Assembly: GCA_963776265.1 (NCBI GenBank)
Contig: CAVZMD010000012.1
Span: 37,351-101,350 of the forward strand
DNA length: 64,000 nt
Source of the DNA: an uncultured Acidobacteriaceae bacterium
Lineage (GTDB): Bacteria > Acidobacteriota > Terriglobia > Terriglobales > Acidobacteriaceae
Direction of reading: 5' to 3'
A program made the translations under genes and the position numbers. The notes beneath the pieces were generated by a model. That model saw only the letters and a list, made by a program, of their open reading frames with translations, searched no databases and was not told the origin of the DNA. Positions within the stretch are counted from its first letter, which is position 1. Every line of letters starts with the position of its first letter. Below, one piece after another: positions 10,090-21,777 of this stretch.

Positions 10090-11599
10090 ATGCAGGGTTC
10101 GGTGGGCAGCGCAGAGTTCGAGGCGATGGCGACGCAGGGACTGTTGAGAACGGGCACTGACGGCACTGTCTTTGATGCCGAGCCGGGTTCGTTGTTCGAC
10201 ACCGGCGCGGCGTCTTTGCGGGAGGCTGCGGCGGCGCGGGTGGCGGCGCACCGAAACAAGCGGGTCGGCGCGCAGGCTATGGAAGCGGCGCGAGAAGAGG
10301 CTTCGCGCGAGGAGCGCGTGCGGGCCGAGCGGGATGCGCGGCGTGGCGTGGCGAATGTGCGCGATGCGGTGCGGGCGCGGTATGAGAAGTCGCAGAGCTA
10401 CAGGGATTTTCTGGCGGTCGAGGCCGAGCGCGCGGTGCAGCAGGCACAGGCAGAGGCGGAAGTCGCGGCACGGAACGCGAAGGCGATTGCCGACGCGCAG
10501 ATGCAGTTGCTGGAGGAGTTGAAGCAGGAGGAGCGTGGAACGTTTGAGGCGGCGCCGGTTGCGGTGCCGTTCGACGAGGGGCGCTCAGCCTGGGATTGGG
10601 ATGAGCCGCGGATAGGGTTCGCGGAGGAGCCGGTTGCGCAGAGCGGGGATCTGTTTGTTGAGCCGCAAGAGCCGCTCCTACCCCAGCGAACGAGTTCGCC
10701 GGGGACCCCGCTGCGGGAGGTTTCGACGGGCGGGCTGACGGTGAGGCTGTGGGACGATGTGGGGGCCACGCGGCCGACGTTGCCGGAGATGAAGGCGCGG
10801 TCGCGAGTGTTCGCGGAGGATCGGGCGCTCGAGTCGGAGGAGCTGGCGGAGCTGGAGCAGGAGATCGCGTTCCGGCGGGCTCCGGAGTTTGTGGATCATA
10901 TTCTCGAAACGCTGCCACTGCCGGCGAACCTGATTGAGTTTCCGCGGGAGCTGGTGGCGGCGCGCAAGGCGAGGCCGCGACTGGCGGAAGGACCTCTGCG
11001 TGAGGAGCTGCCGCCGGAGCCACAGTTGCGGATTTTTGAGGTGGAACCGGAGCAGATTTCGACCGAGCCGGTGGCGGCGGAAGAGGTTGTGACCGAGGCG
11101 CCGGTGTGGCAGGGGATGCTGCTGGATGCGCCGAGGACGGCGACGCTATCACAGCCTGGGGTTGCGGCGGCGATGGGATCGATGGAGATTGCTCCCGTGT
11201 CGCGGCGGCTGATGGCGGCGATGGTGGATGGATGCTGTATTGGGGCGACGCTGGTTGGGTTTGCGACGGTGGCCTCGTATATTTCGGGGGCGGGACTGCA
11301 GGCGATGTCGAAACCGATGCTTGCGGGAGCGGCGGTGTTCACGTTTGCAATTGCGGCGCTGCTGTATCAGCTGCTGTTCTTCTCGCTGAATGAGGCGACA
11401 CCGGGGATGCGATATGCGCGCATCGGGCTGTGCACGTTTGGCAGATGCGAATCCGACCCGGCAGCAGATGCGGCGGCGCATGCTGGCGCAGATGCTGGCG
11501 GTTTGCCCGCTAGGGCTGGGGCTGCTGTGGGTGCTGCTGGATGATGACCGGCTGGGGTGGCATGACCGTATCTCGCGGATGTATCAGCGGGCGTACTAA
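10090..11599 (+). CDS. RDD-family membrane protein with long acidic/coiled-coil N-terminus (frameshift ~11442)
   Basis: APVSRRLMAAMVD, ATPGMRYARIGL, then WVLLDDDRLGWHDRISRMY in the next frame; ANLIEFPR motif. Confidence 0.85.
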
Positions 11600-11658
11600 G
11601 AATGTTGTGGCAGCCGTGAGAGCGTTTCGATTGCACTGACCGCTGGTGCTATGCGGCG

Positions 11659-12045
11659 TCACGGCAACCGCTGGACCCATTGGCTGCGCCAGGCAGGCGC
11701 TTCAAAGGGGTCTGCGAAATACTGCGTCTCGTGCACGACCTTGCCGTCGTCGTTGAACTGCATGATGCTCACGGTGAACGCGAGCTGGTCCTGGTAGTTG
11801 ATGGTGTATTCAGTGATCCAGAGATTGCCGGTGCCGATCATTCGCCTTACCTTGAAGCCCGACGGCTTGCCCGGATGATGGCTGCGTAAGGCCTGCAGGT
11901 TCTTTGGTCCGAGGATTCGCTCGCCTGACTGCGGGTAATCGCAGATGGAGTCGTCAGCGTAGATGGAGTGTTCCGTGTCGAAGTCTTCGGCTGCCGATGC
12001 CTTCCAGTGCGCGTTCAGGGCTTCGCGGATTTGATCCTCTTGCAT
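11659..12045 (-). CDS. SnoaL/NTF2-like protein
   Basis: EHSIYADDSICDYPQSGERI; VHETQYFADPFEAPAWRSQWV. Confidence 0.85.
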   Translation of the reverse strand: MQEDQIREALNAHWKASAAEDFDTEHSIYADDSICDYPQSGERILGPKNLQALRSHHPGKPSGFKVRRMIGTGNLWITEYTINYQDQLAFTVSIMQFNDDGKVVHETQYFADPFEAPAWRSQWVQRLP

Positions 12046-12269
12046 GGGCTGCCTCCAGATGCGGTTCGGGCCCACGCACGTCCGCGGCGGCGGCCGGTGC
12101 GATTTGCATACAGTCTACTCATCTTTGCGTCCCAGAAGACTCTGTTGCGCTCGCCGGAGGTGGCGGAGTCAGGCAGGTCGTTGTCGATGGCCTGGAAGGG
12201 ATTCGGCGGCGAATGATGCGCAACGGATAAAATGTTGGCATTGCGCTCATTTGCGCCCCTGGAGCTGCC

Positions 12270-13950
12270 TTGAAGATCGTTCTCGCAGAAAAGGTCTCAC
12301 CCGCTACGCTCGCTATTTTTCAGAAGGAACCGGGCTGGAATGTTGTGACGGCTGACAAGATTGCTCCGGGCGGACTGCCGGCAGAGCTGTTGGATGCGGA
12401 CGCGCTGGTGGTTCGGAGTGCCGTGCAGGTAGACGCGGAGCTGCTGTCGCACGCACCGAAGCTGCGGATCATCGGCCGTGCGGGCGTGGGTGTGGACAAC
12501 ATTGATGCCGAAGAGGCGACGCGGCGCGGCATCGTGGTGATGAATACGCCGGGCGCGAATGCGGTGGCTGTGGCGGAGCTGACGCTGGGGCTGATGATCG
12601 CGATGGCGCGGAGTGTGCCGCGCGCGAACAGCGGGATGCATGCGGGCAAGTGGGACAAGAAGAGTCTGCAGGGCAGCGAGCTGCGCGGCAAGACGCTGGG
12701 CATCGTGGGACTGGGGCGCATCGGGCTTGAGGTGGCGCGGCGCGCGAAGGCGTTCGGGATGAATTTGATTGGCTATGACCCGTTTGTGGCGCCGGTGATT
12801 GCGCGCGAGAACGGCGTGACGCTGGTGCCGATCGACGAGATCTTTTCAGGAAGCGATTACCTGTCGCTGCACGTGGGGCTGACGCCGCAGACCGAGGGGC
12901 TGATCAACAAGCATTCGATCGCGATCATGAAGCAGGGCGTGCGGATTTTGAACTGCGCGCGCGGCGAGCTGATTGTGGATGAGGCGCTGGTCGAGGGCCT
13001 GAAGAGCGGCAAGGTGGCGGGCGCGGCGCTGGATGTGTTCCGCAAGGAGCCGCTGAAGGATTCGCCGTACTTTGAAATTGAGAATGTGATGCTGAGCCCG
13101 CATATTGCTGGGTCGACGGATGAGGCGCAGGAGGCGATCGGGATTCAGCTGGCGAACCAGGTTCGCGACTACCTGAAGCTGGGTGTGGTGCAGAATGCGG
13201 TGAACGTGGCCTCGCTGAGCGAGGAGGAGTACGCGGAGGTTTCGCCGTATATCGAGATGGCGTCGAGGCTGGGGCAGCTGCTTGAGCCATGAGGCCGGCA
13301 ATGGCACGGGTGACGGGCTGGGCAGCGTGGAGAGCATCTCGCTGACGTACAACGGCCGGCTGGCGCAGTTGAAGACGGACCTGATTCGCAACGCGGCGAT
13401 TGCGGGCGTGCTGCATGGAGCGGACGGGATTAATCGCATCAACGCGACGGCTGCGGCGACGGAGCGCGGGATTCGCGTGCAGGAGGACAAGCGCGAGCAT
13501 GTTGCAGGTGGCACGGGTTCGACGCTGCGTATGAGCCTGCACTGGGTGCGCAAGGCCGGATCGGCGGTGCCCGGACACCAGGCTGAGCCGACGCAGGGAG
13601 ACTGGACGGGGCTGGCGACGGTGATCCACGGGAACTCGCCGCGTCTGCTGAGCTATGACGGGATTGATATTGAGGCGGAGCTGGCGGGGACGCTGGCGAT
13701 CATTCGCAACCAGGACGTGCCGGGCGTGATTGGACGGATTGGAACGATCCTGGGCGAGGCGCGGCTGAACATCGCGAACTTTGCGCTGGGACGCAGCCGC
13801 GGCGGGCGCGTGCCGGAGGGTCATGCGCTGGCGGTGGTGCAACTGGATGTCGCGCCGGGCGATGAGAGCGCGCTGGCGGAGGCGACAGCGCAGTTGAAGA
13901 AGGTGGATGCGATTACGAGCGTAAGAGTGGTGGAGTTACCCAAGCTGTAG
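12270..13950 (+). CDS. serA: D-3-phosphoglycerate dehydrogenase, type I with ASB and ACT domains (frameshift ~13285)
   Basis: GRAGVGVDNID, GLGRIG, NCARG, SPHIAGSTDEAQ, NQDVPGVIGRIGTILG..NIANFALGR. Confidence 0.95.
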
Positions 13951-14031
13951 GCGCGCGATCTCCCTGGCTTTTGGGGAGGTTCCTGTAGACTGAACTGACG
14001 GCCGCCCAAGGCTGGCCAGGAAACCTCCCCA

Positions 14032-15097
14032 ATGCAGAAATCAGTACGTCTTTTCAGTTTTCTTCTTGCGTCGTCGTTTGTGGTGCTGACTGGATGTCAC
14101 CAGGTTCAGCAGAATGGCGTGGTCGCCACGGTGAATGGTCACCCGATTCTTCGGACCGACCTCGATAAGCTCTACAACGCGCAGCTGGCGAATAATCCGC
14201 AGGCGCAAGCGCAGGCTCCGTCGGTCGATGCGGCGGACTCGCTGAGGCTGAACATTCTTCACGAGCTGATCGTGGAGGAGATTGTTGAGCAGCGCGCGCA
14301 GAAGCTGGGGCTCACGGCGACCGACGCCGAGGTGGACGCGAAGCTGACGGAGTTGAAGGCACCGTATACCGAGGAGCAGTTCCGGCAGAAGCTGCAGGCG
14401 AGCGGACAGACGATGGATGGGCTGCGGCGCACGTTGCGCAGGAGCCTGACGTTCGAGAAGCTGCTGAACAAGGAGATCAACTCGCGCATCACGGTGACGG
14501 ATCCCGATGTGACGAGCTACTACAACGCGCACAAGGCGGAGTTCAACCTGATTGAGCCGCAGTATCACCTGGCGCAAATCCAGGTGACGGACCAGACGGC
14601 GCGGACAGGTGAACAATCTGCAGAACAACAAGGCTTCGGGCGATCTGGATGCACGCAAGAAGATTCAGGCGTTGAAGAACCGCGTCGATGCGGGCGAGGA
14701 CTTCGGGATGCTGGCGAGCCAGTTCTCAGAGAACCAGAACACAGCGCCGAACGGTGGCGATATGGGCTTTATCTACGAGTCGCAGATGAAGCAGGCGACC
14801 GACCCGATGACCTTTGCGGCGATCACGAAGCTGAAGCCGGGCCAGACTACGGAGATTCTGCCGCTGCTGGATGGGCAGACGAAGAGACCGGCCGGATACG
14901 CGATCTACAAGCTGATCAGCAGGGAGCCGGCGGGACAGCGCGACCTGGGTGATCCGCGTGTGCAGCAGTCGATTCGGCAGCAGCTTCATGACAGCCGCTC
15001 GCAACTGCTGAAGAATGCCTACTTCGAGATTCTTCGCGATGAGGCTAAGGTAAGGAACTTCTACGCGGAAGAGGTCTTCAAGGAGACGGCAAAGTAG
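14032..15097 (+). CDS. SurA/PrsA-like peptidyl-prolyl isomerase lipoprotein (frameshift ~14598)
   Basis: LTGC lipobox, VATVNGHPI, GEDFGMLASQFSE..NGGDMGF parvulin motif. Confidence 0.88.
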
Positions 15098-15100
15098 ACG

Positions 15101-15469
15101 ATGGCTGCGGCTCGGCGGCTCTCAGGCTGCGGATTGATTTTTGCTGTCGGCCTGATGAGCGGGTGCCATCGGCTGCCGCCACCGACGCCGTTGGATCAAT
15201 TGAACGCACAGCAGATGCGCGGGCATGCGGTGTTTCAGACGCGCTGCGGACAGTGTCACTACGATCGCGAGGAAGGTCCGCTGCATGGGCCGTCGCTGCG
15301 CGGGATGTATAAGAAGCCTTATCTGCCGAGCGGAGCACCGGCGAACGATGAGCGGGTGACGTCGACGGTATTGCATGGGCATGGATTGATGCCGGCGCAA
15401 CCGGCTTTAAGTCCAGAGCAGGATCCGCAGGATCTGGATGATCTGCTGGCGTATCTGCATACGCTTTGA
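15101..15469 (+). CDS. Monoheme cytochrome c lipoprotein
   Basis: MSGC lipobox; CGQCH heme motif; GPSLRG; MPA; DLLAYLHTL. Confidence 0.9.
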   Translation: MAAARRLSGCGLIFAVGLMSGCHRLPPPTPLDQLNAQQMRGHAVFQTRCGQCHYDREEGPLHGPSLRGMYKKPYLPSGAPANDERVTSTVLHGHGLMPAQPALSPEQDPQDLDDLLAYLHTL

Positions 15470-15487
15470 AGTGGTGAGTAGACGGTG

Positions 15488-15928
15488 ATGGCAGAGGAAC
15501 AGAAGTCGCGATTTGAGGATGCGAAGGTTTCGCCGGCGGAGGACGAGGGCTTTCGCGCGCGAAAACTGCCGGGCGTTCCCGCGGGTGAGTCGAAGGGCAT
15601 GCTGCCGGGGATGGCGCTGATCGGCATATATCTGCTGGTGCTGGCGATGCTGAATGCGTTTGCGGCGGCGCGCGGGAGCTTCGGCAACGGAGGAGCGAAG
15701 TACAGCATCCTGGCGATCTGTACGCTGCTGGTGGTGGGTGTGTTTGGATTGCTGCGGCTGCTGCGCTGGGGATGGGCGATTGTGAGCGCGGGCTGCGTGC
15801 TGATGGCCGCAGGATACTTCTACGGATTTCATCGCACGCATATTGCGCCGTACATCATCCAGGGACTGTTTGCGCTGGTGTTCTTTCTTTATCTGAGCCG
15901 GACTGAGGTTCGTGAGCGGCTGCGGTAG
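15488..15928 (+). CDS. Hypothetical 4-TM membrane protein
   Basis: Four hydrophobic segments; operonic with cytochrome c. Confidence 0.75.
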   Translation: MAEEQKSRFEDAKVSPAEDEGFRARKLPGVPAGESKGMLPGMALIGIYLLVLAMLNAFAAARGSFGNGGAKYSILAICTLLVVGVFGLLRLLRWGWAIVSAGCVLMAAGYFYGFHRTHIAPYIIQGLFALVFFLYLSRTEVRERLR

Positions 15929-15965
15929 TCGCAAAACGGTAGCTCAGGCATGCGCGGGATCGACG

Positions 15966-16047
15966 ACATACCCGGGGGCTAAAGCCCCTGTTCACTCGGC
16001 ACCTTGAGAGACCCGACGCTAAAGCGTCGGGCTACCCAGAGTGCAAA
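15966..16047. repeat. REP-like double-hairpin element
   Basis: GGGGCTAAAGCCCC and ACCCGACGCTAAAGCGTCGGG hairpins share a GCTAAAGC core. Confidence 0.75.
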
Positions 16048-16112
16048 GGCGATTCGTCCTGCGAATCCATATCTCTTCGCGATGTTGGACAGACGACTGG
16101 TAGAACTTGAAT

Positions 16113-17060
16113 ATGAGCCACAGATGGAAGACGCTTGCTGCGTTTGGGGTCATCTATTTTGTCTGGGGCTCGACGTTTCTGGCAATCCGAGTGGGCGTGC
16201 TCGCGATGCCGCCGTTGTTGTTCGCGGCGATACGATTTTTCATCGCGGGGCTGGTGCTGGTTGCGTGGACGGCGCTTCGCCGTGAGACGTGGCCGACGGC
16301 GCCCCAGTGGCGTTCGATCTGCCTGCTGGCGGCGCTGATCTTCGTGGGGGATTACGGGTTGTTGTTCTGGGCGGAGCAGAAGGTGCCATCGGGTATCACC
16401 GCCGTGATGTTGGCAACGATTCCGGCGTTCACTGCCATTGGCGAGGTTTTGCTGCTGCGCACGGCGCGGATGACAGTGCAGCTTGTCGGTGCGCTGGTTA
16501 TCGGGCTCGCGGGTGTTGTGGTGTTGATGAGTCATTCGCTCCATCTGGGGGGAGCGGCCATCAGCACGGCAGGTGCGCTGGCGCTGATCGTTGCGGCGAT
16601 GTTCTGGTCGGTGGCGTCGGTGATGTCGAGGAGGCTGCCACTGCCGTCGTCGAAAGTGCTGAGTTCGGGCGCACAGATGCTCGCCGGTGGAGTGATGCTG
16701 GCGGTGGTGGCGACGGCGTTCGGTGAGCCGCGGAGATTTCATGCTGCGGCAGTGTCAGGCCAGGCATGGTTCGCGCTGGCGTATCTGATTGTGATGGGAT
16801 CGATCGTGGGATTCACGTGCTATGTGTGGCTGATTCAGCACGAGTCGCCGACGAAGGTGGGCACGTATGCGTATGTCAATCCAGTGGTTGCCGTGCTGGT
16901 GGGTTATTTTCTCGGCGGAGAGGCGCTGGGTCTGCGTACGGTGCTCGGGACGGGACTTGTGCTGACGAGCGTGTTGCTGATTACGCTGGGGAGATCGACG
17001 CGACGGAGCGCGGAAAGGACGCCGCGAGAACGAATCGGCAAACAGACATGCGCGGACTAA
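16113..17060 (+). CDS. EamA/DMT family transporter (YedA-like)
   Basis: YFVWGSTFLAIR; AEQKVPSGITA; TYAYVNPVVAVLVG; 10 TM. Confidence 0.92.
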   Translation: MSHRWKTLAAFGVIYFVWGSTFLAIRVGVLAMPPLLFAAIRFFIAGLVLVAWTALRRETWPTAPQWRSICLLAALIFVGDYGLLFWAEQKVPSGITAVMLATIPAFTAIGEVLLLRTARMTVQLVGALVIGLAGVVVLMSHSLHLGGAAISTAGALALIVAAMFWSVASVMSRRLPLPSSKVLSSGAQMLAGGVMLAVVATAFGEPRRFHAAAVSGQAWFALAYLIVMGSIVGFTCYVWLIQHESPTKVGTYAYVNPVVAVLVGYFLGGEALGLRTVLGTGLVLTSVLLITLGRSTRRSAERTPRERIGKQTCAD

Positions 17061-17155
17061 GGCCGGTGCCTGTCGCGGCGTTTGAAAACGCTGCGGGTAA
17101 ATGGCTGGGCGTTCATCACTCGCGACTTCGTTTTCAAAGCGGTGAAAGTTTCCAG

Positions 17156-17184
17156 TTGACACGGCGCCGGGTCGCGCGTAGCTT
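17156..17184 (+). promoter_or_regulatory. Sigma70-type promoter of the GDSL hydrolase gene
   Basis: TTGACA-N17-TAGCTT. Confidence 0.65.
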
Positions 17185-17231
17185 GTGTTCGCTCCGCTAG
17201 TAATCAAATTCAGCACGACTGTGGGGTATTT

Positions 17232-18347
17232 ATGAGCCTCCTGGACTTGTGCGTCTCTCCTTCTGCCGAAGAGTCTCCGATCCAATCTCCAACTGCCGAG
17301 CCTCGACACAGCAGGCGATCCAGTCGGCGTCTGCCGCAGGTCCTTTCTGCTCTACTCGTGCTGTTTGCGATTGCTGCACAGGCACAGCGGTATACGAAGA
17401 TCGTTGTCTTTGGAGACTCGCTGTCGGATACAGGCAATGATTCGATACTCACGGACGACCTCTATGGATTTCCGTTTCCGGGCCCTTATATCGGGGGCAC
17501 CTACTACGGCCTTTACACATTGGGGCGCTTTACCGATGGACCGGATACGTTTCCTCCGGCGGAGAATTACATCGGCGTATGGGTTGAGCAGATGGCAGCC
17601 GCGCTGCCCTCGCACCCTGCGGTGACGCCGTCACTGCTTGGCGGAACGAATTACGCCTTTGGGTATGCGAATACGTTCAATGGGACGACGGTGCTCAACT
17701 TCACCGGTACGCCGTTCACGATCATCGTCGACAACGTTGGTCAACAGATCAACGACTATCTGGCTACTCATCCGAAGATCGATGACCACACGCTGTTTGT
17801 GGTGTGGGGCGGAGCCAACAATCTTACCGAGGCGGTTGGCGGGCCGCATGAGCCGCAGTTGATCATCGACGGTGCGATTGCGCAGACAAAGAATATTCAG
17901 CGGTTGATCAATGCAGGAGCGACGCAGTTCTTAATCCCAAATCTGCCGGACGTGGGATCGGTGCCGAGATTCAATACATCGCCGGTGACGTCGGTGCCGT
18001 TCAATCAGGCGTCGATCCTGTACAACGCGACACTGGATGTAGGCGTGTCGCTGCTGCCGATTGTGAACTTCGGCAGACGCGTGTCGATCCAGAAGTTCGA
18101 TGTGTACTCGCTCCTGAAGAACATCATTGCGAACCCGGCGAGCCATGGGCTGCTGGATGTAACGGACAGCTCGCAGAGTGAATTTGTCGATCCGGACCTG
18201 TATCTGTTCTGGGATGATTTTCACCCGACGACGCACGGACATAACCTGTTGGGACAGGCCGCGCTCAAGGTGATCGAACCGTACGGCTGCCTGGTGCCGG
18301 TCGCACCGGGTGAGTATGTCGGCTCGGCGGCGCCGGGATGCAGATAG
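17232..18347 (+). CDS. SGNH/GDSL hydrolase, secreted
   Basis: VFGDSLSDTGN; GRFTDG; NYAFG; WGGANN; FWDDFHPT. Confidence 0.92.
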   Translation: MSLLDLCVSPSAEESPIQSPTAEPRHSRRSSRRLPQVLSALLVLFAIAAQAQRYTKIVVFGDSLSDTGNDSILTDDLYGFPFPGPYIGGTYYGLYTLGRFTDGPDTFPPAENYIGVWVEQMAAALPSHPAVTPSLLGGTNYAFGYANTFNGTTVLNFTGTPFTIIVDNVGQQINDYLATHPKIDDHTLFVVWGGANNLTEAVGGPHEPQLIIDGAIAQTKNIQRLINAGATQFLIPNLPDVGSVPRFNTSPVTSVPFNQASILYNATLDVGVSLLPIVNFGRRVSIQKFDVYSLLKNIIANPASHGLLDVTDSSQSEFVDPDLYLFWDDFHPTTHGHNLLGQAALKVIEPYGCLVPVAPGEYVGSAAPGCR

Positions 18348-18379
18348 AGGCTTGACGAAAGAGTTTGCGAGAAGACTGA

Positions 18380-18415
18380 GCGCAGCGGGTCGAGGGGATC
18401 CGCTGCGCATTTTTC
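18380..18415 (+). terminator. Intrinsic terminator
   Basis: GCGCAGCGG...CCGCTGCGC stem plus T-run. Confidence 0.65.
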
Positions 18416-18477
18416 TTGCGGGCGACGCGGCGTGCTCGCGAAGGAATGTGATGGGCACGTCGTGTACAACGAAGTAG

Positions 18478-20102
18478 ATGGGGATGCTTCGTCGCGTTTG
18501 GTCGAGTCCGGTGGCGCTGCTGGTGGTGGCAGTGGCTCTGCTGACGGTGATGATTCAGTCGGGTGAACTGGGCACGGCGGATACGACCCGGCGGCTGCAG
18601 GTGACGCACTCGTTGTGGACGAGCGCGCCGCAGGTGACGAGAGCGGACTATGCGGAATTTGGGAGTGCAGGGCGCGGTGGGCGGATCTATGCGTGGTATG
18701 GGATCGGGCAGTCGCTGCTGATGCTGCCGGCGGATGTGGTGGGCACAGCTGCGGCGCACGCGCCCTGGTGGCGTGGATATGTGCAGAGCAAAGCGACGCC
18801 GCAGATTCGCGGGATTTTCGTGAGCGTGAGCACGAATGTGTTGCTGAATGTGCTGACGGCGCTGGTGGCGTTGCGCTTTCTGGAGTTGCTGGGGTTCTCT
18901 CGCGTTCAGTCGATTGCGGGTGTGCTGGCGTTGATTTGTGCGACGACGCATCTGCACTATGCGCAGAATATGCAGGAGAACAATTACATCTTTTTGCTGA
19001 CGCTGACAGGGTTGTGGCTGCAGTTGCGGTGGGCGCTGGGTAGTGAGCGCAGATGGTTGTGGTTAGGCGCCGGTGCGCTGGGACTGAATCTGCTGACACG
19101 CATGACGACGGTGCTGGATGTGATGGGCGCTGCGCTGTTTGTGTTGTTGGTGGACGTGTTTGCACGGGCGCGAGATGAGGGTTCGCTGGGCGCCGAGATT
19201 TTGAGTGCGCGGAGAGTGAAGGAATATCTGCGGACCGTGGTGCCGGTGTATGCGCTGTTCGTGTTTCTGGATCGGCTGTATCAGTTTGTGCGGTTCGGGT
19301 CGTGGACGAATACGTACATGCGGCTGCAGGCAGACCGGCAAAGGCAAATGGATCCTACTCTGCCGAAGAACTTTCCGTTCAGCGGGCACTGGTTTCAGGG
19401 CGGCGTGCACTCGGGATTGCTGGGGCCGCTGTTTGAGCCGGAGAAGTCGATCTTCGTGTTCGATCCGCTGTTTGGGTTGGCGCTGGTGCTGACCGTGGTG
19501 TTGTGGCGGCGGATGCCGACGGTGGTGCGTGCGTATGCGGTGGCGATGCTGGGGCTGCTGGCGGCGTACATGGTCTTATACGCGCGGTACTTCGCATGGG
19601 CGGGCGATTTCGCGTGGGGCGACCGGTATATCTCGAGCGTGGTGGAGTTGTTTGCGATGCTGGCGGTGCCACTGCTGATGCGATATCGGCGGGAGCTGGG
19701 GCGCCTGGCAACCGCTTGCGGGTGGTGCGTGGTGGCGGTGAGTGTGGCGATCCAGGCGGCGTCGCTGGCGTTCTGGCTGCCGCTGGAGATCTACCAGATT
19801 GACGCGATGGGGCACGATGCATGGACGGTGGCGTTGCGGTTCAGGAACATCTGGGCGCTGGCAACGGGAAGGCCGATGCCGGCGGGGATCGATCTGCCGG
19901 GGCTGTGACGGATTCGTTTGATGCGCTGCATGTGCGCACGTGGAACTTTATGCCGTCATTGATACGGCATGTGGGTGTGGCGCCGTTGTGGGTGGTGTGG
20001 CTGCTGGATGCGGTGTGGGTCGTGATGGCGGTGGCGCTGGTGTGCGTGCTCGTGAAGCTGGTGCGAGTGCTGCGAAGAGAGTCGAACGCGCAGGCGGCGT
20101 GA
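18478..20102 (+). CDS. Polytopic membrane protein, GT-C (ArnT/PMT-like) glycosyltransferase candidate (frameshift ~19900)
   Basis: About 12 TM; GTADT acidic loop after TM1; YGIGQSLLMLP; WAGDFAWGDRY. Confidence 0.65.
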
Positions 20103-20108
20103 GGGCGA

Positions 20109-21698
20109 TTACATGCAGGCGCTGTTGTGCGCGTCGGGGTAGACGATGAACGTGATTGTCGCGGGAGCGAAGCGCACGAGTCCGCCGTGTTCTGGTTTGG
20201 ACTTGAGCTCGGGGAGCTCGTCGTTCGTTCCGAGCGAGAGCGGTGTGTCGTTCAGCAGAACGTCTCTGGCGTCGACGGTGCGCGCTGAAAGTGTGTAGCG
20301 CTGGCCCTGGGCTGGGAGATTGAGTGAGCGTGCGGCGTCGGGATCGTTCTGGATCACGAGCAGGGTGACGCCGCCGGGCTTGTTGGCTGCGCAGTGCGCG
20401 TAGACATGCAAGCCGTGCTGCAGGGGGATGCCGGAGTCGAGCACGATATCGCCCATGAGGCGGTGCCAGAGCAGTGCGGCCCAGTAGTTGGGTCGGGGAG
20501 CGTAGGTGTTTTCGTCGAGAAGCCCGTAATCGCTGGCGGCGAGCGTGTTGTGCATCTGCACCTTGACGCCGCCCTTTGCGAGGCGGCCCATCTGATCGAG
20601 GTAGCGGAAGCTGTCAAGAAAGGTGGAGGCCCACGGATCGCCTCCGCAGGCAGTTTCGCCGGTTTCGGTGAGCCAGAGTGGCTTGCCGGGGGAGAAGCGG
20701 TCGCGCTGCTCCCGGTAGAAGCTGAGGATGCCGTCTGTGCGCGCGAGCCACTCTTCCGAGAGAGCGGTTTCCTTTGTGCTGTGCGGAGCGGCGAGGAGGG
20801 TGGCACATCGCTGGGAGACGCCGGAGTAGGCGTGGTACGAGAAGACATCGATCTCGTCCGGCGTCATCGCGCCGAGAAGTTGTGGGGTGGAGAGGAAGCC
20901 CGGCATCTTCGAGCTGAGGTCGGCGGCGGCAGTGCTGGATTCCGCGGTGGATCCGGGGCCGGCGAGGAGTGTGTTGGGCGCGTGCTGGCGCATGAAGGCG
21001 GTGAAGACGCGAACGTCGCGGCCGTACTGCGCTGCATCGTAGCCTTTCGGTGCGCCGCCCATCGTGGGAATGGTGGGTTCGTTCATGTATTCGGCGGCGG
21101 CGATGCGGCCGCCGAGGGAGTTGGTCAGGTCGAGGAGGCGCTGCGCCTGGGTTGTGGTCCAGAGGCCGCTGGCGTCACGTGTGCCGACGCTGGTCGCGAA
21201 GGAGGTGACGAGTTCGGCGTTGGTGGCGTGGGCGAAGTCGATGACGCCCTTCCACTGCTCGCGCGTGAGGACGCCGTTGAAGCCGGGGGGCGGTGTGGTG
21301 ATGGATTCCCCGGCGGCGGGAAGGTAGGTGCTGTTGGCCCATGTGCCGCTGACGCGTACATACGCGGGCCCGAGCGCTGCGGCGAGCTTGCGCAGGCGCG
21401 GATTGGAGAGATCCTTGGGCGGACGATAGGCAAAGAGATCGGGGCTCATCCCTGCAGGGCTCGCGGGAGCGGCCGTGCTGGGTTTCGGCGCCGGCGAATC
21501 AGCCCCATAAGGCTTCCAGAAGCGGCCGCCGGTGACCTCCAGCATTTCGATGTTGTAGGACTGGAAGCGCGGGTCGACGGTGGTGACCTTGGGCAGGGTG
21601 GAGGGCGCGAGGGCGGGCGTGTTCTGCTGAGCGCTGACGAGGGTTGAGCCGAGGAGGAGCAAAGGCGTAAGGGTGCTGAGAGCGAGTCTGCTATGCAC
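20109..21698 (-). CDS. Glycoside hydrolase family 79 (beta-glucuronidase/heparanase-like), secreted
   Basis: AGGAGG SD before GTG; LGPAYVRVSGTWAN; EYMNEP; LWLTETGETACGG; YGLLD..PRPNYWAALLWHRLMG. Confidence 0.85.
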   Translation of the reverse strand: MHSRLALSTLTPLLLLGSTLVSAQQNTPALAPSTLPKVTTVDPRFQSYNIEMLEVTGGRFWKPYGADSPAPKPSTAAPASPAGMSPDLFAYRPPKDLSNPRLRKLAAALGPAYVRVSGTWANSTYLPAAGESITTPPPGFNGVLTREQWKGVIDFAHATNAELVTSFATSVGTRDASGLWTTTQAQRLLDLTNSLGGRIAAAEYMNEPTIPTMGGAPKGYDAAQYGRDVRVFTAFMRQHAPNTLLAGPGSTAESSTAAADLSSKMPGFLSTPQLLGAMTPDEIDVFSYHAYSGVSQRCATLLAAPHSTKETALSEEWLARTDGILSFYREQRDRFSPGKPLWLTETGETACGGDPWASTFLDSFRYLDQMGRLAKGGVKVQMHNTLAASDYGLLDENTYAPRPNYWAALLWHRLMGDIVLDSGIPLQHGLHVYAHCAANKPGGVTLLVIQNDPDAARSLNLPAQGQRYTLSARTVDARDVLLNDTPLSLGTNDELPELKSKPEHGGLVRFAPATITFIVYPDAHNSACM

Positions 21699-21777
21699 TG
21701 GTTTCCTCCTGCGCGCGGATGCGGCGGACGCGCGATTATAGCTCCGCAAGCATGGCGTTCTACAATCGAAGGTGCTG

